NCBI GenBank assembly: GCA_934096735.1
Contig: CAKOMS010000002.1
Coordinates: 19,073-83,072, forward strand
DNA: 64,000 bases
Direction: 5' to 3'
Source of the DNA: an uncultured Bacilli bacterium
Lineage (GTDB): Bacteria > Bacillota_I > Bacilli_A > RF39 > UBA660
In this document: piece after piece, positions 1 through 10,095 of the stretch
How positions within the stretch are numbered: position 1 is the stretch's first letter
How the letters are laid out: each line of letters starts with the position of its first letter
Notes under the pieces: generated by a model
Told to the model about the DNA's origin: nothing
Databases searched by the model: none
What the model saw: the letters and a program-made list of their open reading frames with translations, nothing else
Position numbers and translations under genes: made by a program

Positions 1-1
1 T

Positions 2-1390
2 GGAACAAATTTAATAGAAAAAATAAAAATAAACGATCCAGTTGTTGTATTTATGGATAAAAGTATCGAAACACTTGAAACTTTTTTTGGAGTAGTATAC
101 GCTGGTGGTTGCTATAGCTTAGTTAATCCAGAATTTCCAAAAGGTAGAATTGAACAAATTACAGAAGTGCTTGAAAGTAATGTTATAATTACAAATAACG
201 AATTTTTAAATCTTGCTACTGAAATTTTCAAAAACAAAATAGTTTTAAATGTAGAAACTTTATTAAAAGGTGAAGCATCTTTCGAAAAATTATCTGATAT
301 AAGAGATAAAAAATTAGATCTTGATCCAGTTTATATTAATTTTACATCAGGTAGCACTGGTGTTCCTAAAGGAGTAGTTGTTGGTAATAGATCAATTATA
401 GATTTTATTAATGAATTTACAAAGGCTTTTAATATAAACGAAAATGATATTATAGCAAATCAAGCACCATTTGATTTTGATGTATCAGTAAAAGATATAT
501 ATTCTGCTATAAAGGTAGGAGCAACATTACTAATTGTACCAAAAAGATTATTTTCAAATCCTGCAAAATTACTTGATTATTTAGTAGATAATAAAGCAAC
601 AACTATGGTATGGGCAGTATCAGCATTATGTCTTATAACAACATTTCATGGTCTTGATTATAAAGTTCCGGAAACTGTTAATAAGATAATATTTAGTGGC
701 GAAGTTATGCCAATTAAACACTTAAATACATGGATGAGTAAATTACCGAATGCAACATTCATAAATGTGTATGGTCCGACTGAAATTACATGTAATTGTA
801 CATATCATATAATTGATAGAGAAAAAGAATATAATGGTATTATTCCTATTGGAAAACCATTCTTAAATGAAAAAGTATTTTTATTAGACGAAAATAATAA
901 AGAAGTAACAGAAACTGGATCAAGAGGGGAAATATGTGTAAGTGGAACGTGTTTAGCACTCGGATATTACAATAATAAAACTCAAACTGATTCACATTTC
1001 TGTCAAAATCCACTTAATACAAAATATATTGAATTTATTTATAGAACTGGTGACTTAGGAACTATAAACGATGAAGGTGAATTTGTGTTTGCTGGAAGAA
1101 AAGATTTTCAAATTAAGTACATGGGACACAGAATAGAACTAGAAGAAATTGATAGAGAAGTATCTAAAATTAACAATGTCGTTAGAGCTGTTACGTTATT
1201 TCACGAAAAAAAGAATAAACTTTATTGCTTTTATATTGGAAATATTGAAAAAGAAGAAATTGTTGAAAAATTGAAAGAATCAGTTCCAACTTATATGGTT
1301 CCATCAGTTTTTGTAAAGGTTGAAGATTTTACACTTAGCAAAAATGGTAAAATAGACAGAAAAATACTTCAAAAAATGATTGAGGGATAA
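2..1390 (+). CDS. Adenylate-forming carrier-protein ligase, DltA-like (5' end lies upstream of the window)
   Basis: Frame is open from nt 2. It has AMP-binding motifs FTSGSTGVPKG, YGPTE, YRTGD and a C-terminal SKNGKIDRK. It is the first gene of a dlt-like cassette. Confidence 0.8.
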   Translation, partial: GTNLIEKIKINDPVVVFMDKSIETLETFFGVVYAGGCYSLVNPEFPKGRIEQITEVLESNVIITNNEFLNLATEIFKNKIVLNVETLLKGEASFEKLSDIRDKKLDLDPVYINFTSGSTGVPKGVVVGNRSIIDFINEFTKAFNINENDIIANQAPFDFDVSVKDIYSAIKVGATLLIVPKRLFSNPAKLLDYLVDNKATTMVWAVSALCLITTFHGLDYKVPETVNKIIFSGEVMPIKHLNTWMSKLPNATFINVYGPTEITCNCTYHIIDREKEYNGIIPIGKPFLNEKVFLLDENNKEVTETGSRGEICVSGTCLALGYYNNKTQTDSHFCQNPLNTKYIEFIYRTGDLGTINDEGEFVFAGRKDFQIKYMGHRIELEEIDREVSKINNVVRAVTLFHEKKNKLYCFYIGNIEKEEIVEKLKESVPTYMVPSVFVKVEDFTLSKNGKIDRKILQKMIEG

Positions 1391-1392
1391 TT

Positions 1393-2556
1393 ATGAATTA
1401 TGAAGTATTAGAAAAAAAATATGGAACCCCATTATATATATTCGATTGTGATAAAATAAAAGAACGAATTAAGTCAATGAAAACCATTTTTAAAAACATA
1501 GAAATATGTTATGCCATCAAAGCAAATTCGTTTGTAGTTAAAGAAATTATAAATGATGTAGATAGATTAGAAATATGTTCAAATGGTGAATATGAAATTT
1601 GTAAATCTTTAAATATTGATGATAATAAAATAGTATTATCTGGTGTCAACAAAAGTCTAGAAGATTTTGAAAATATAATTAAAGAAAACAAAAAAATTCT
1701 TAGATTTACAATAGAGTCTATAAATCAGTTTGAAATGTTAAAAAAATTGACAGAAAAATATCAGACTAATATTAATATTCTTCCTAGAATAACGAGTGGT
1801 AATCAATTTGGAATTACAAAAGAAGAACTTGAATTTATTATAAAAAATAAAAATGATTTTATGAATGTAGTAGGAATTGAATATTTTTCCGGAACTCAAA
1901 AGCATTCAATGAAAAGGATTATTAAAGAATTTGAGAAAATAAAAAGTAATATTGATGAAGTTGAAGAAAAATATAATATTTGCTTAGAAGAAATAGAATA
2001 TGGCACAGGATTTCCAGTATATTATTTTACTGATGAAACCTTTGATGAAAATGAATTTTTTGTTGAATTTAATAAAAACATCAATGAATTTTTTAAAGGA
2101 AAAAAAATAATATTAGAAATTGGAAGAAGTTTAGTAGCAAGTTCTGGAGTTTATTTGACAAAAATAGTTGATTTAAAAGAGAATAAAACCGGAAAGTATG
2201 CTATACTAGATGGTGGTATCAACCATTTGGTGTACTATGGTGGTACAATGGGAATGAGAATTCCTCATTATGAGATATTAAATAAAGAAAATATAGGAGA
2301 AGATATTATCAATCTATATGGTTCACTATGTACTATAAATGATGTTTTAGTAAAAAATTTACAAGTTCCAACTTTGGATATAAATGATGTGTTTATTTTT
2401 AAAAATGTTGGAGCATATTCGGTAACTGAAGGTATATCATTGTTTTTAAGCAGAGATTTACCAAAAGTCTTATTAATATCAAATAATGAAGAAATTCTTG
2501 TAAGAGATAGTTTAAACACTTATAAATTAAATTGTCCAATGTATAAAGGAGAGTAG
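1393..2556 (+). CDS. PLP-dependent decarboxylase, Orn/DAP/Arg decarboxylase (fold-type III) family
   Basis: CYAIKAN PLP-lysine motif near the N-terminus, a glycine-rich LDGGINH, and YGSLCTINDV plus VGAYS near the C-terminus, as in DAP/ornithine decarboxylases. It starts 2 nt after the upstream stop. Confidence 0.7.
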   Translation: MNYEVLEKKYGTPLYIFDCDKIKERIKSMKTIFKNIEICYAIKANSFVVKEIINDVDRLEICSNGEYEICKSLNIDDNKIVLSGVNKSLEDFENIIKENKKILRFTIESINQFEMLKKLTEKYQTNINILPRITSGNQFGITKEELEFIIKNKNDFMNVVGIEYFSGTQKHSMKRIIKEFEKIKSNIDEVEEKYNICLEEIEYGTGFPVYYFTDETFDENEFFVEFNKNINEFFKGKKIILEIGRSLVASSGVYLTKIVDLKENKTGKYAILDGGINHLVYYGGTMGMRIPHYEILNKENIGEDIINLYGSLCTINDVLVKNLQVPTLDINDVFIFKNVGAYSVTEGISLFLSRDLPKVLLISNNEEILVRDSLNTYKLNCPMYKGE

Positions 2557-2557
2557 T

Positions 2558-2788
2558 ATGGAGAAGTTATTAGAAATTTTAGAGAATATTAAACCGGGAG
2601 TAGATTATAAAAATATTAATACATTAATAGATGATCATTATTTAGATTCCCTATCAATTTTATCTTTAGTAGCAGAAATTGAAGATGCTTTTGATATAGT
2701 AATTCCAACAGTTGAAATAATACCTAAAAATTTCAATTCAGTTGAAAGTATTATGGCTCTAATTAATAAAATCGAAGAGGAAGATTAA
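2558..2788 (+). CDS. Small carrier protein (DltC/ACP-like)
   Basis: 76 aa, acidic, with an LDSLS phosphopantetheine-serine motif. It lies between the decarboxylase and the MBOAT gene. Confidence 0.8.
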   Translation: MEKLLEILENIKPGVDYKNINTLIDDHYLDSLSILSLVAEIEDAFDIVIPTVEIIPKNFNSVESIMALINKIEEED

Positions 2789-2790
2789 TT

Positions 2791-4380
2791 ATGCAATATT
2801 GTGATTGGTCATATCTTCTTCTTTTTTTACCAATCGTAATGATTATTTATTCAGTTGTTCCGAAAAAAAAGCGCTATATTTTTCTTTTTTTAGTGGGATT
2901 AATATTTTTTTATTTAATAAGTGAAACATTGATAGTTTATCTATTTGTCACTATATTTATAACTTACGGTATTGGATTATGGTTAAAAAAACTAAATGAT
3001 GCAGAAGAAAAAAACATTGAAAATTTAGAAAAAGAAGAGAAGAAGAAAGTAAGAGAAACATTTAATAAGAAAAAAAGAATGATTTTATTTTTAGGAATTG
3101 CACTGGAACTTACAATGTTATGTATGACTAAATATTTAAGTTTTATGTGTTTGAATGTAAATAATTTATTAGAATTATTTCATGCTAGCTTTAGAATCAA
3201 AGAAATTAAAATTTTTGCTCCAATCGGAATTTCTTTTTATACACTACAATCTATTTCTTATATGGTAGATGTATATAGATTAAAATTTGAACCAAACAAT
3301 AATATACTAAAAGTCGGATTATATTTATCTTTTTTTCCACAAATTATGGAAGGCCCAATAAGTAGATATGATGATGTTAAAGATAATTTGTTTACGGGAG
3401 AAAATTTAAAATATCAAAATATATGTTTTGGAACTCAAAGAATAATGTATGGATTCATAAAAAAAATGGTAGTAGCAGATAGATTAAATAGTACTGTGGC
3501 ATTAATTTTTAATAATTACAGCAATTACAATGGTGGTATCATTTTTATCGGAGCTATACTTTATACAATTCAATTATACATGGATTTTTCCGGAATAATG
3601 GACATAGTAATAGGAAGTGGAGAAATATTTAATGTTAAATTACCAGAAAACTTTAAACAACCATTTTTCTCATCAAATATATCAGATTTCTGGTCAAGAT
3701 GGCATATTACATTAGGCACTTGGTTTAAAGATTATATATTTTATCCAATAAGTTTATCCAAGTTTTCCCGAAAAATGACTAGTTCTTTAAGAAAAAAAAT
3801 AGGTAACCATTTTGGTCCACTAGCAGCCGGAGCACTAGCATTATTTGCAGTGTGGTTTAGTAACGGTTTATGGCATGGAGCTGGTTATAGTTTCTTGTTT
3901 TTTGGAATGTACCATTTTGTACTAATTTTACTAGGTAATATTTTTTCACCAGTAATAAAAAAATTTTATGAATTTACAAAAATTGATAAAGATAAATTGT
4001 TATTTAAAAGTATTAGAATTATAAAGACTACTATAATCGTTATTATTGGTGAATTGTTTTTTAGAGCATCAACTTTAACAGACGGCATAAATATGTTTAA
4101 ATTAATTGTGAGTAATTTTTCGCTACAAGGATTAACAGATGGAACCTTATTAAAAATCGGGTTGGATGGAAAAGACTACATTATAATAGGAGTAACATTG
4201 CTAATAGTATTTGTTATAGGAGTACTAAAAGAAAAAGGTGTTTATATTAGAGAAGAAGTATCAAAAAAGCCACTAGTCGTAAGATGGTGTATATATTATA
4301 TGTTAATTCTTTATGGTTTGATTTTTGGAGCGTATTTAGGCCCTTATACTCCAATAGATCCTATGTATGCAAGTTTTTAA
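2791..4380 (+). CDS. MBOAT-family membrane O-acyltransferase (DltB/AlgI-like)
   Basis: Polytopic membrane protein with WSRWHITLGTWFKDYIFYP and NGLWHG histidine motifs typical of DltB/AlgI. Confidence 0.85.
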   Translation: MQYCDWSYLLLFLPIVMIIYSVVPKKKRYIFLFLVGLIFFYLISETLIVYLFVTIFITYGIGLWLKKLNDAEEKNIENLEKEEKKKVRETFNKKKRMILFLGIALELTMLCMTKYLSFMCLNVNNLLELFHASFRIKEIKIFAPIGISFYTLQSISYMVDVYRLKFEPNNNILKVGLYLSFFPQIMEGPISRYDDVKDNLFTGENLKYQNICFGTQRIMYGFIKKMVVADRLNSTVALIFNNYSNYNGGIIFIGAILYTIQLYMDFSGIMDIVIGSGEIFNVKLPENFKQPFFSSNISDFWSRWHITLGTWFKDYIFYPISLSKFSRKMTSSLRKKIGNHFGPLAAGALALFAVWFSNGLWHGAGYSFLFFGMYHFVLILLGNIFSPVIKKFYEFTKIDKDKLLFKSIRIIKTTIIVIIGELFFRASTLTDGINMFKLIVSNFSLQGLTDGTLLKIGLDGKDYIIIGVTLLIVFVIGVLKEKGVYIREEVSKKPLVVRWCIYYMLILYGLIFGAYLGPYTPIDPMYASF

Positions 4381-4387
4381 GGAGGTC

Positions 4388-5335
4388 ATGATGAAAAAAA
4401 AAATTAATATAATAAAATCAGTAACTTTTATTTCAATTTTACTTCTAATATTAAATTTATTATCAATTTTGTTCACTCCTAAAAATAACTATGCAGAATT
4501 CGGTATGATGCAAGTTCGTGCGAATGGTATTCTTGGAGAGAAAAAAAACACAATTGATGTACTATTTATTGGAGATTCGCTATCGTACAGTTCATTTTCA
4601 CCACTTCAAATGTATGACGAGCAAGGATTCACTTCATATGTATGTGGAACTTCAGGACAAAAATTATACGATTCTTATGCTTTTTTAAGTAAAGCATTAG
4701 ATTCTCAAACCCCAAAGATTGTAATTTTAGAAACAAATGCTTTGTTTAGAAAATTTTCGTTATCAGGAAGTTTAGAAGCTAAGATGAAAGCAGTTTTTCC
4801 GTTTTTTGAATATCATAATCGTTGGAAAAATTTATCAATAAATGATTTTAATAATGATGTAACATACACATATACTGATCCTTTAAAAGGCTATAAAATA
4901 AAAAATAACATAAAACCGATTGCAAACTCAAATTATATGGAAGAAATGGAAAAAAATGAAGAAATTCCCAAAGAAAATTATAAATATTTAGAAAAAATTA
5001 GAAAAAAATGTGAAGAAAATAATATTAAGTTTGTATTAGTTAGTGCTACAAGTCTAAAGAATTATAATTATAGTAGACATTTAACTATAGCAAATTATGC
5101 TAACGACAAAAAGATCGATTACATAGACTTAAATATAAATAATGTAGCAAATATAGACTGGACAAAAGATACTTGTGATAAAGGTGACCATTTAAATGTT
5201 CATGGAGCCAAAAAAGAAAGCTCTTACATAGCTCAAATTCTTAAAGAAAAATACAAATTACCAAACCATAAAGATGATATAGAATATTTCGGTTGGGAAA
5301 AAAGTTTGGAAAAATACAGATCATTAATAGGATAA
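4388..5335 (+). CDS. Membrane-anchored DltD/AlgJ-like SGNH-type protein
   Basis: AAGGAGG precedes ATG 4388 (the track start at 4367 is less likely). N-terminal TM, FIGDSLSY (GDS block) and GDHLNVHG (block V-like). It occupies the last position of the dlt-like cassette. Confidence 0.55.
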   Translation: MMKKKINIIKSVTFISILLLILNLLSILFTPKNNYAEFGMMQVRANGILGEKKNTIDVLFIGDSLSYSSFSPLQMYDEQGFTSYVCGTSGQKLYDSYAFLSKALDSQTPKIVILETNALFRKFSLSGSLEAKMKAVFPFFEYHNRWKNLSINDFNNDVTYTYTDPLKGYKIKNNIKPIANSNYMEEMEKNEEIPKENYKYLEKIRKKCEENNIKFVLVSATSLKNYNYSRHLTIANYANDKKIDYIDLNINNVANIDWTKDTCDKGDHLNVHGAKKESSYIAQILKEKYKLPNHKDDIEYFGWEKSLEKYRSLIG

Positions 5336-5336
5336 T

Positions 5337-5690
5337 TTATTTTTTGAAGATAATAACGCTAGCAATAGCATAGTCACCATCATGAGCAATTGAAAGAAAG
5401 CATTTAAACCTTTCTTTTTTTATCTTTTTGAATAAATTTCCATAAAAATTAAAATATGGAGCGCCATTGCTTTTATGTAATATTTCCATTTCTGTAAATT
5501 TATAAGATTCTATTCCAACCGCTAAAGCCTTTAAAAGAGCCTCTTTAGCTGCAAATGCTCCTGCTAACGTGTCATAATTTGACGTTTTATTAAAAAAACT
5601 TATTTCACTTTTTGTGAAAAAGTACTCCATTTTTGTTATGCTTTTAATTCTATCAATTTTTATTAAATCAATTCCTGTACCAATAATCAT
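5337..5690 (-). CDS. acpS: Holo-[acyl-carrier-protein] synthase (4'-phosphopantetheinyl transferase)
   Basis: 117 aa with the N-terminal MIIGTGIDLIKIDRI motif and AAKEALLKA typical of AcpS. Confidence 0.85.
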   Translation of the reverse strand: MIIGTGIDLIKIDRIKSITKMEYFFTKSEISFFNKTSNYDTLAGAFAAKEALLKALAVGIESYKFTEMEILHKSNGAPYFNFYGNLFKKIKKERFKCFLSIAHDGDYAIASVIIFKK

Positions 5691-5813
5691 AATATCATTC
5701 CTCTTTGATATTATAACATTTATATACTGATTTGTATATTTCTCATAAATTTATATAAAATATAGACAAAGGTAAGAAAATATATTAAAATTTAAAAGAA
5801 ATGGAGGATAACA

Positions 5814-6710
5814 ATGAAAAGAATAAAGGAATATATAGTTAGCTTTTTTAATGGATTATGTATGGCACTAGCAGATAGTGTTCCAGGAGTATCTGGAGGA
5901 ACAATTGCGTTTATTTTAGGATTCTATGATGAATTTATTAAATCTTTAGATGATTTATTTAGAGGAGATAAAAAGAAAAAAATTGAAGCATTAAAATTTT
6001 TAGGAAAAATAGGAATAGGTTGGATTTTTGGATTTGTTTTAGCAATTTTATTTTTAGCAAATTTATTTGAAACTCACATTTATGAAATGAGTTCATTGTT
6101 TATAGGTTTTATAGTATTTGCACTTCCTATAGTTATAAAAGAAGAAAAAAGCGCTCTTAAAGGAAAATATTATAATCTGTTTTTTGCAGTACTAGGTGCA
6201 GTTTTTGTAGCGGTAATTTCATATTTAAATGGTTCGACAAGTGTATCAGTTAACTTAAATGTTCTAAATTTATCTACAATTATTTATACATTTTTAGTTG
6301 GAGCACTTGCTATATCTGCAATGATTTTACCAGGTATTTCAGGTTCAACTATTATGTTAATATTTGGAATATATTTGCCTATCATAGCAAAAATAAAAGA
6401 TTTTTTACACTTTGACTTTAGTACAGTTCCAATTCTTACAACATTAGGATTAGGAATTATATTTGGAATTGTGGTTTTTACGGGATTTTTAAGAAAACTT
6501 TTAGAAAAAAGAAGAAGTGCAACTGTATATGCAATTATTGGAATGATGCTAGGATCAATATATTCAATTATTGCGGGTCCTACAACATTGACACCAGCCC
6601 TATCAATGCTTTCAGCTGAAACATTTAATATTTTGTTTTTCATATTGGGTGGAGTAATTATATTTTCTGTTGAAGGTATTAAGAAATTTATTGAAAAAAA
6701 TAATAAATAA
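5814..6710 (+). CDS. DUF368-family polytopic membrane protein
   Basis: Duplicated PGVSGGT / PGISGST motifs and about 8 TM segments. Confidence 0.8.
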   Translation: MKRIKEYIVSFFNGLCMALADSVPGVSGGTIAFILGFYDEFIKSLDDLFRGDKKKKIEALKFLGKIGIGWIFGFVLAILFLANLFETHIYEMSSLFIGFIVFALPIVIKEEKSALKGKYYNLFFAVLGAVFVAVISYLNGSTSVSVNLNVLNLSTIIYTFLVGALAISAMILPGISGSTIMLIFGIYLPIIAKIKDFLHFDFSTVPILTTLGLGIIFGIVVFTGFLRKLLEKRRSATVYAIIGMMLGSIYSIIAGPTTLTPALSMLSAETFNILFFILGGVIIFSVEGIKKFIEKNNK

Positions 6711-6836
6711 AATAAAGATTATCACGCTGTCGATTGATTTGAACTGACATTTTAATGCGATAAAATATACAATATAATAAGAAAGGAATCAATAAATAAA
6801 TATTTAGAATTTTTATGAACTTGATTAATAAAAAAT

Positions 6837-7721
6837 ATGAATGAATTAGTAAAATTAGGAGAAAAAACATTTTGTTTATTAAATGCAGTTAATGTAGGAT
6901 TTTACATTATTAATGAAAATGATGTATGTCTAATTGATTCTGGAAGTGGAAAGGACTATGTTAAAAATATAAATAAAGTTTTAGAAAGTAACAACTGGAA
7001 CTTGAAGTATATAATAAATACCCATAGTCATGCTGATCATATATACGGCAATCAAAAACTTCAAGATAAATATGGCTGTAAAATTTATTGCTCCGAAATA
7101 GAAAATAGTTTTATCAATTATCCAATTTTAGAACCAACGCTATTTTATGGTGCAATGCCAATTGAAGATTTAAAAAATCGTTTTTTAAACGCTCCAAAAA
7201 GTGTATGCGAAGATATTGCAAAAATAAACTTGGATGGAATAGAGATAATAGATTTAAAAGGCCACTCACCAAACATGATCGGAATATTAACTAGTGATAA
7301 TGTTTTATTTTGTGGTGATGCATTTACCAGCAAGAGTATAATTGAAAAATATCAGATACAATACATTTTTGATATTCAAGAATATAAAAACACATTAGAA
7401 AAAATTAGTAATATGAAGTATTCATACATTGTGCCGTCACACGGTGTAATTGAAAAAGATGCGACAAATACTATTGATGTAAATCTTAAAATTTGCAATG
7501 CTATAGAGATGCAAGTTCTAGATTTTCTTGAAAAAGAAAATACTTTTGAATCCTTATTAGAGAAAGTTTTTGAATATTATCATATAAATATGAATGTTAC
7601 TCAATATTTTTTGATTTCATCAACAATAAAAGCATATCTGAAAATATTAAATGATAAAGGTTTAATCTCATTTGATGTTGTCGATAATAAATTAATTATA
7701 AAAAAGTTTAATAATTTTTGA
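6837..7721 (+). CDS. MBL-fold metallo-hydrolase
   Basis: THSHADH zinc-binding motif and a downstream H/D pattern (GHSPNM, CGDAF). Confidence 0.75.
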   Translation: MNELVKLGEKTFCLLNAVNVGFYIINENDVCLIDSGSGKDYVKNINKVLESNNWNLKYIINTHSHADHIYGNQKLQDKYGCKIYCSEIENSFINYPILEPTLFYGAMPIEDLKNRFLNAPKSVCEDIAKINLDGIEIIDLKGHSPNMIGILTSDNVLFCGDAFTSKSIIEKYQIQYIFDIQEYKNTLEKISNMKYSYIVPSHGVIEKDATNTIDVNLKICNAIEMQVLDFLEKENTFESLLEKVFEYYHINMNVTQYFLISSTIKAYLKILNDKGLISFDVVDNKLIIKKFNNF

Positions 7722-9201
7722 AAATTGGTATTTTATGTGTTTTTTTAAAAGTAATCCATTTTAGTTCTTGTATGAATTTTGATGGGTTACTTTTGTCATA
7801 TACAAAGAAAGTCTTGATTTTACAACGTGTAATTGCTACATAAAATAATCTTCGCTCTTCTGCAAAAGGTATTTCAGAATTAGGAAAAAGTTTTTGAATT
7901 AGTATATTGTCCTCAATTTTGTTTGGAAATCCTAGTGTAGTATCGTCACAATTTAAAACAATTACATAATCAGCTTCTAATCCCTTTGATTTATGAACTG
8001 TAAAATGACAAATTCTCTGTTCTTTGTATAAAATTTCGCCATTTCCATATTTTATAACACTGCTAATATATTCATATATATCATTGTTGTTTCTAGTTAA
8101 AACCATAATATTTTTTGACTGTGGAAGAAGATAATCCAATATTTTAATAAGAGTATCAATTTTTGAACTGGCGGGAGCAAAAACATATGGAGTTGTGATA
8201 TTTTTATCAGAAACAATAGATTTTTTTATTTGCAAAGGATTTTTCATTACAAATTCGCTGGCAATGTTAACTAATTGTTGAGCATTTCGGTAAGTTTTAA
8301 CAATATATTTTTCACTTACGTTAGGGAAAAAGTTTTTAAAATCCAGAAAAATATTAAAGTCACAACCAGAAAATCTATATATCGATTGAAAGTCATCACC
8401 TACAACAATAATTTTTGCAGAAGTCAACAAAAAAATAGCTTTTAATAATTTTAATCTAATCGACGACGAATCTTGAAATTCATCGACAAAAATATATTTA
8501 TAATTTACATTAGTTTTTTCGGTGGAAGAGTATAGAATTTCAGCTGAATACATTATAAGATCATCAAAATCAAAAGAATTAGTACTAAGTTTTTCATTCA
8601 TATATTCATGGTAGATTTTGAAAATAAGTGCAACTATGTTTTTTTCTAATTTAGTGTATTTAACGTTGTTTACATTTTTGAGGCTAATGCCGTTTGCTTT
8701 GAAAATATTAATATATGATTCTATCATTTTGACAAAAGATTGAAATTCTTGTGAAAATAAAAATTTTTTATAACTTTTTTTGTAGTCTAAATATTTTAGT
8801 ATAATTTTTTGAGTTTTGAGGGTACAAGTTTTAAGATTTTCCTCAATGGTATATTTCAAAAGACCTTGAGAACAAATATTAAATTGTGTGCCACTATTTT
8901 TTAGTATTTGCATTGCTAGTTTATGAAATGTTAAAACTTTTATGGGCAAATTGTTTAATTTTTCTTGAATATCGTTAACTGAGTTATTAGTGAAGGAAAT
9001 TATTAGGATTTCTTCAGGTAAAACGTTATTGCTAATAAGATAAAATATTTTTGACAATATTGTGAACGTTTTGCCACATCCAGCTCCTGCATACACAATC
9101 ATATTGGAGTCGGTATAAACAATGTCTTTTTGATATTTATCAAGTTTTAAAAGACGTTCATTTAGTTGAGCAATTTGACTAACTGAATTATTCATATACA
9201 T
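7708..9201 (-). CDS. UvrD/Rep-family (SF1) DNA helicase, short form
   Basis: Walker A AGAGCGKT, DEFQD, VGDDFQSIY, TVHKSKGLE and RRLFYVAITR motifs. Confidence 0.8.
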   Translation of the reverse strand: MYMNNSVSQIAQLNERLLKLDKYQKDIVYTDSNMIVYAGAGCGKTFTILSKIFYLISNNVLPEEILIISFTNNSVNDIQEKLNNLPIKVLTFHKLAMQILKNSGTQFNICSQGLLKYTIEENLKTCTLKTQKIILKYLDYKKSYKKFLFSQEFQSFVKMIESYINIFKANGISLKNVNNVKYTKLEKNIVALIFKIYHEYMNEKLSTNSFDFDDLIMYSAEILYSSTEKTNVNYKYIFVDEFQDSSSIRLKLLKAIFLLTSAKIIVVGDDFQSIYRFSGCDFNIFLDFKNFFPNVSEKYIVKTYRNAQQLVNIASEFVMKNPLQIKKSIVSDKNITTPYVFAPASSKIDTLIKILDYLLPQSKNIMVLTRNNNDIYEYISSVIKYGNGEILYKEQRICHFTVHKSKGLEADYVIVLNCDDTTLGFPNKIEDNILIQKLFPNSEIPFAEERRLFYVAITRCKIKTFFVYDKSNPSKFIQELKWITFKKTHKIPIFKNY

Positions 9202-9286
9202 TATATTAACATTAATTTTAATAAAAGAACATAAAAATTAAAAAAATCAAAAAAAATTTTGATAAAATAAGTTTAGGTGATTAATA

Positions 9287-9715
9287 ATGCATGAAAAGTT
9301 AAAAAGAACAGTTGGCATAGCATTTATAGAAGAAGGAAAACTTTTAATAGTTAAGTCTGCAAGAAGTAGCAAAACAAATTCATGGACACTAGTTGGTGGA
9401 GGAGTCGAAACAGGCGAGAGCGAGATTGAAGCAGCATTAAGAGAGGTTAATGAAGAGATTGGACAAGGCTTTGAATTTTGTGAAGAAGATTTGATGCCTG
9501 TAATGTGTTTTAAAGAACTTGCTGCAAGTGATTCAGATGTCATTATTGAAATGAATTTATTTTTAGCAACAAAACAAATTCATGTATCTTTAATACCAAA
9601 TGATGAAATATTAGATTACCATTGGTATAAAATAGGTGAAACTAGTTACAATATGTCAACAAGTATTACTGAGCATTTTCTTCCTTATGCCATTCAAAAA
9701 GGTCTAATTTATTAA
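9287..9715 (+). CDS. NUDIX hydrolase
   Basis: Nudix box GGGVETGESEIEAALREVNEEIG. Confidence 0.85.
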   Translation: MHEKLKRTVGIAFIEEGKLLIVKSARSSKTNSWTLVGGGVETGESEIEAALREVNEEIGQGFEFCEEDLMPVMCFKELAASDSDVIIEMNLFLATKQIHVSLIPNDEILDYHWYKIGETSYNMSTSITEHFLPYAIQKGLIY

Positions 9716-9752
9716 TTTAAATCAAAAAAAATACAAAAAGCAAAAAAAATCA

Positions 9753-9781
9753 TTGCAATAATGAAATTTATATAGTATAAT
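9753..9781 (+). promoter_or_regulatory. Sigma-A type promoter for the tRNA cluster
   Basis: TTGCAA-17 nt-TATAAT, about 55 nt upstream of tRNA-Val. Confidence 0.6.
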
Positions 9782-9834
9782 TCTAATTGTCTTGAAGAGA
9801 TTTAAGATGAATAAAGTTTATGCTTTATGCATAA

Positions 9835-9911
9835 GGGCGATTAGCTCAGTTGGTTAGAGCACCTGCCTTACAAGCAGGGGGTCATAGGTTCGAGTCCTAT
9901 ATCGCCCACCA
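9835..9911 (+). tRNA. tRNA-Val (anticodon TAC)
   Basis: Cloverleaf folded by eye: acceptor GGGCGAT/ATCGCCC, anticodon loop CTTACAA, GGTTCGAGTCC T-arm, encoded CCA. Confidence 0.9.
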
Positions 9912-9920
9912 TTAATTTGT

Positions 9921-9996
9921 GCCGACATAGCGTAATTGGTAGCGCAATTGACTTGTAATCAATAGGTTGGGGGTTCGATTCCCTCTGTCGGCACCA
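9921..9996 (+). tRNA. tRNA-Thr (anticodon TGT)
   Basis: Acceptor GCCGACA/TGTCGGC, anticodon loop CTTGTAA, GGTTCGATTCC T-arm, encoded CCA. Confidence 0.9.
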
Positions 9997-10002
9997 TTAA
10001 AT

Positions 10003-10086
10003 GGAGGGGTAGCGAAGTGGTCAAACGCGGCAGACTGTAAATCTGTTCCTTCGGGTTCTATGGTTCAAATCCATATCCCTCCACCA
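10003..10086 (+). tRNA. tRNA-Tyr (anticodon GTA), long variable arm
   Basis: Acceptor GGAGGGG/CCCTCC, anticodon loop CTGTAAA, extra arm TTCCTTCGGGTTC, encoded CCA. Confidence 0.88.
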
Positions 10087-10095
10087 CTTATTTAT

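Noticed and set aside
9247-9543. 98-aa minus-strand ORF overlapping the NUDIX gene. Similar antisense ORFs occur at 1509-1691, 2268-2519, 6284-6643, 12938-13261, 13653-13964, 19368-19631, 23085-23477, 32393-32809, 41253-41492, 55482-55763 and 59645-60040.
   Set aside because: Each lies opposite a gene with clear family motifs. They have low-complexity Ser/Leu/Ile/Phe-rich composition and no RBS. They are shadow ORFs of the kind expected in A+T-rich DNA.
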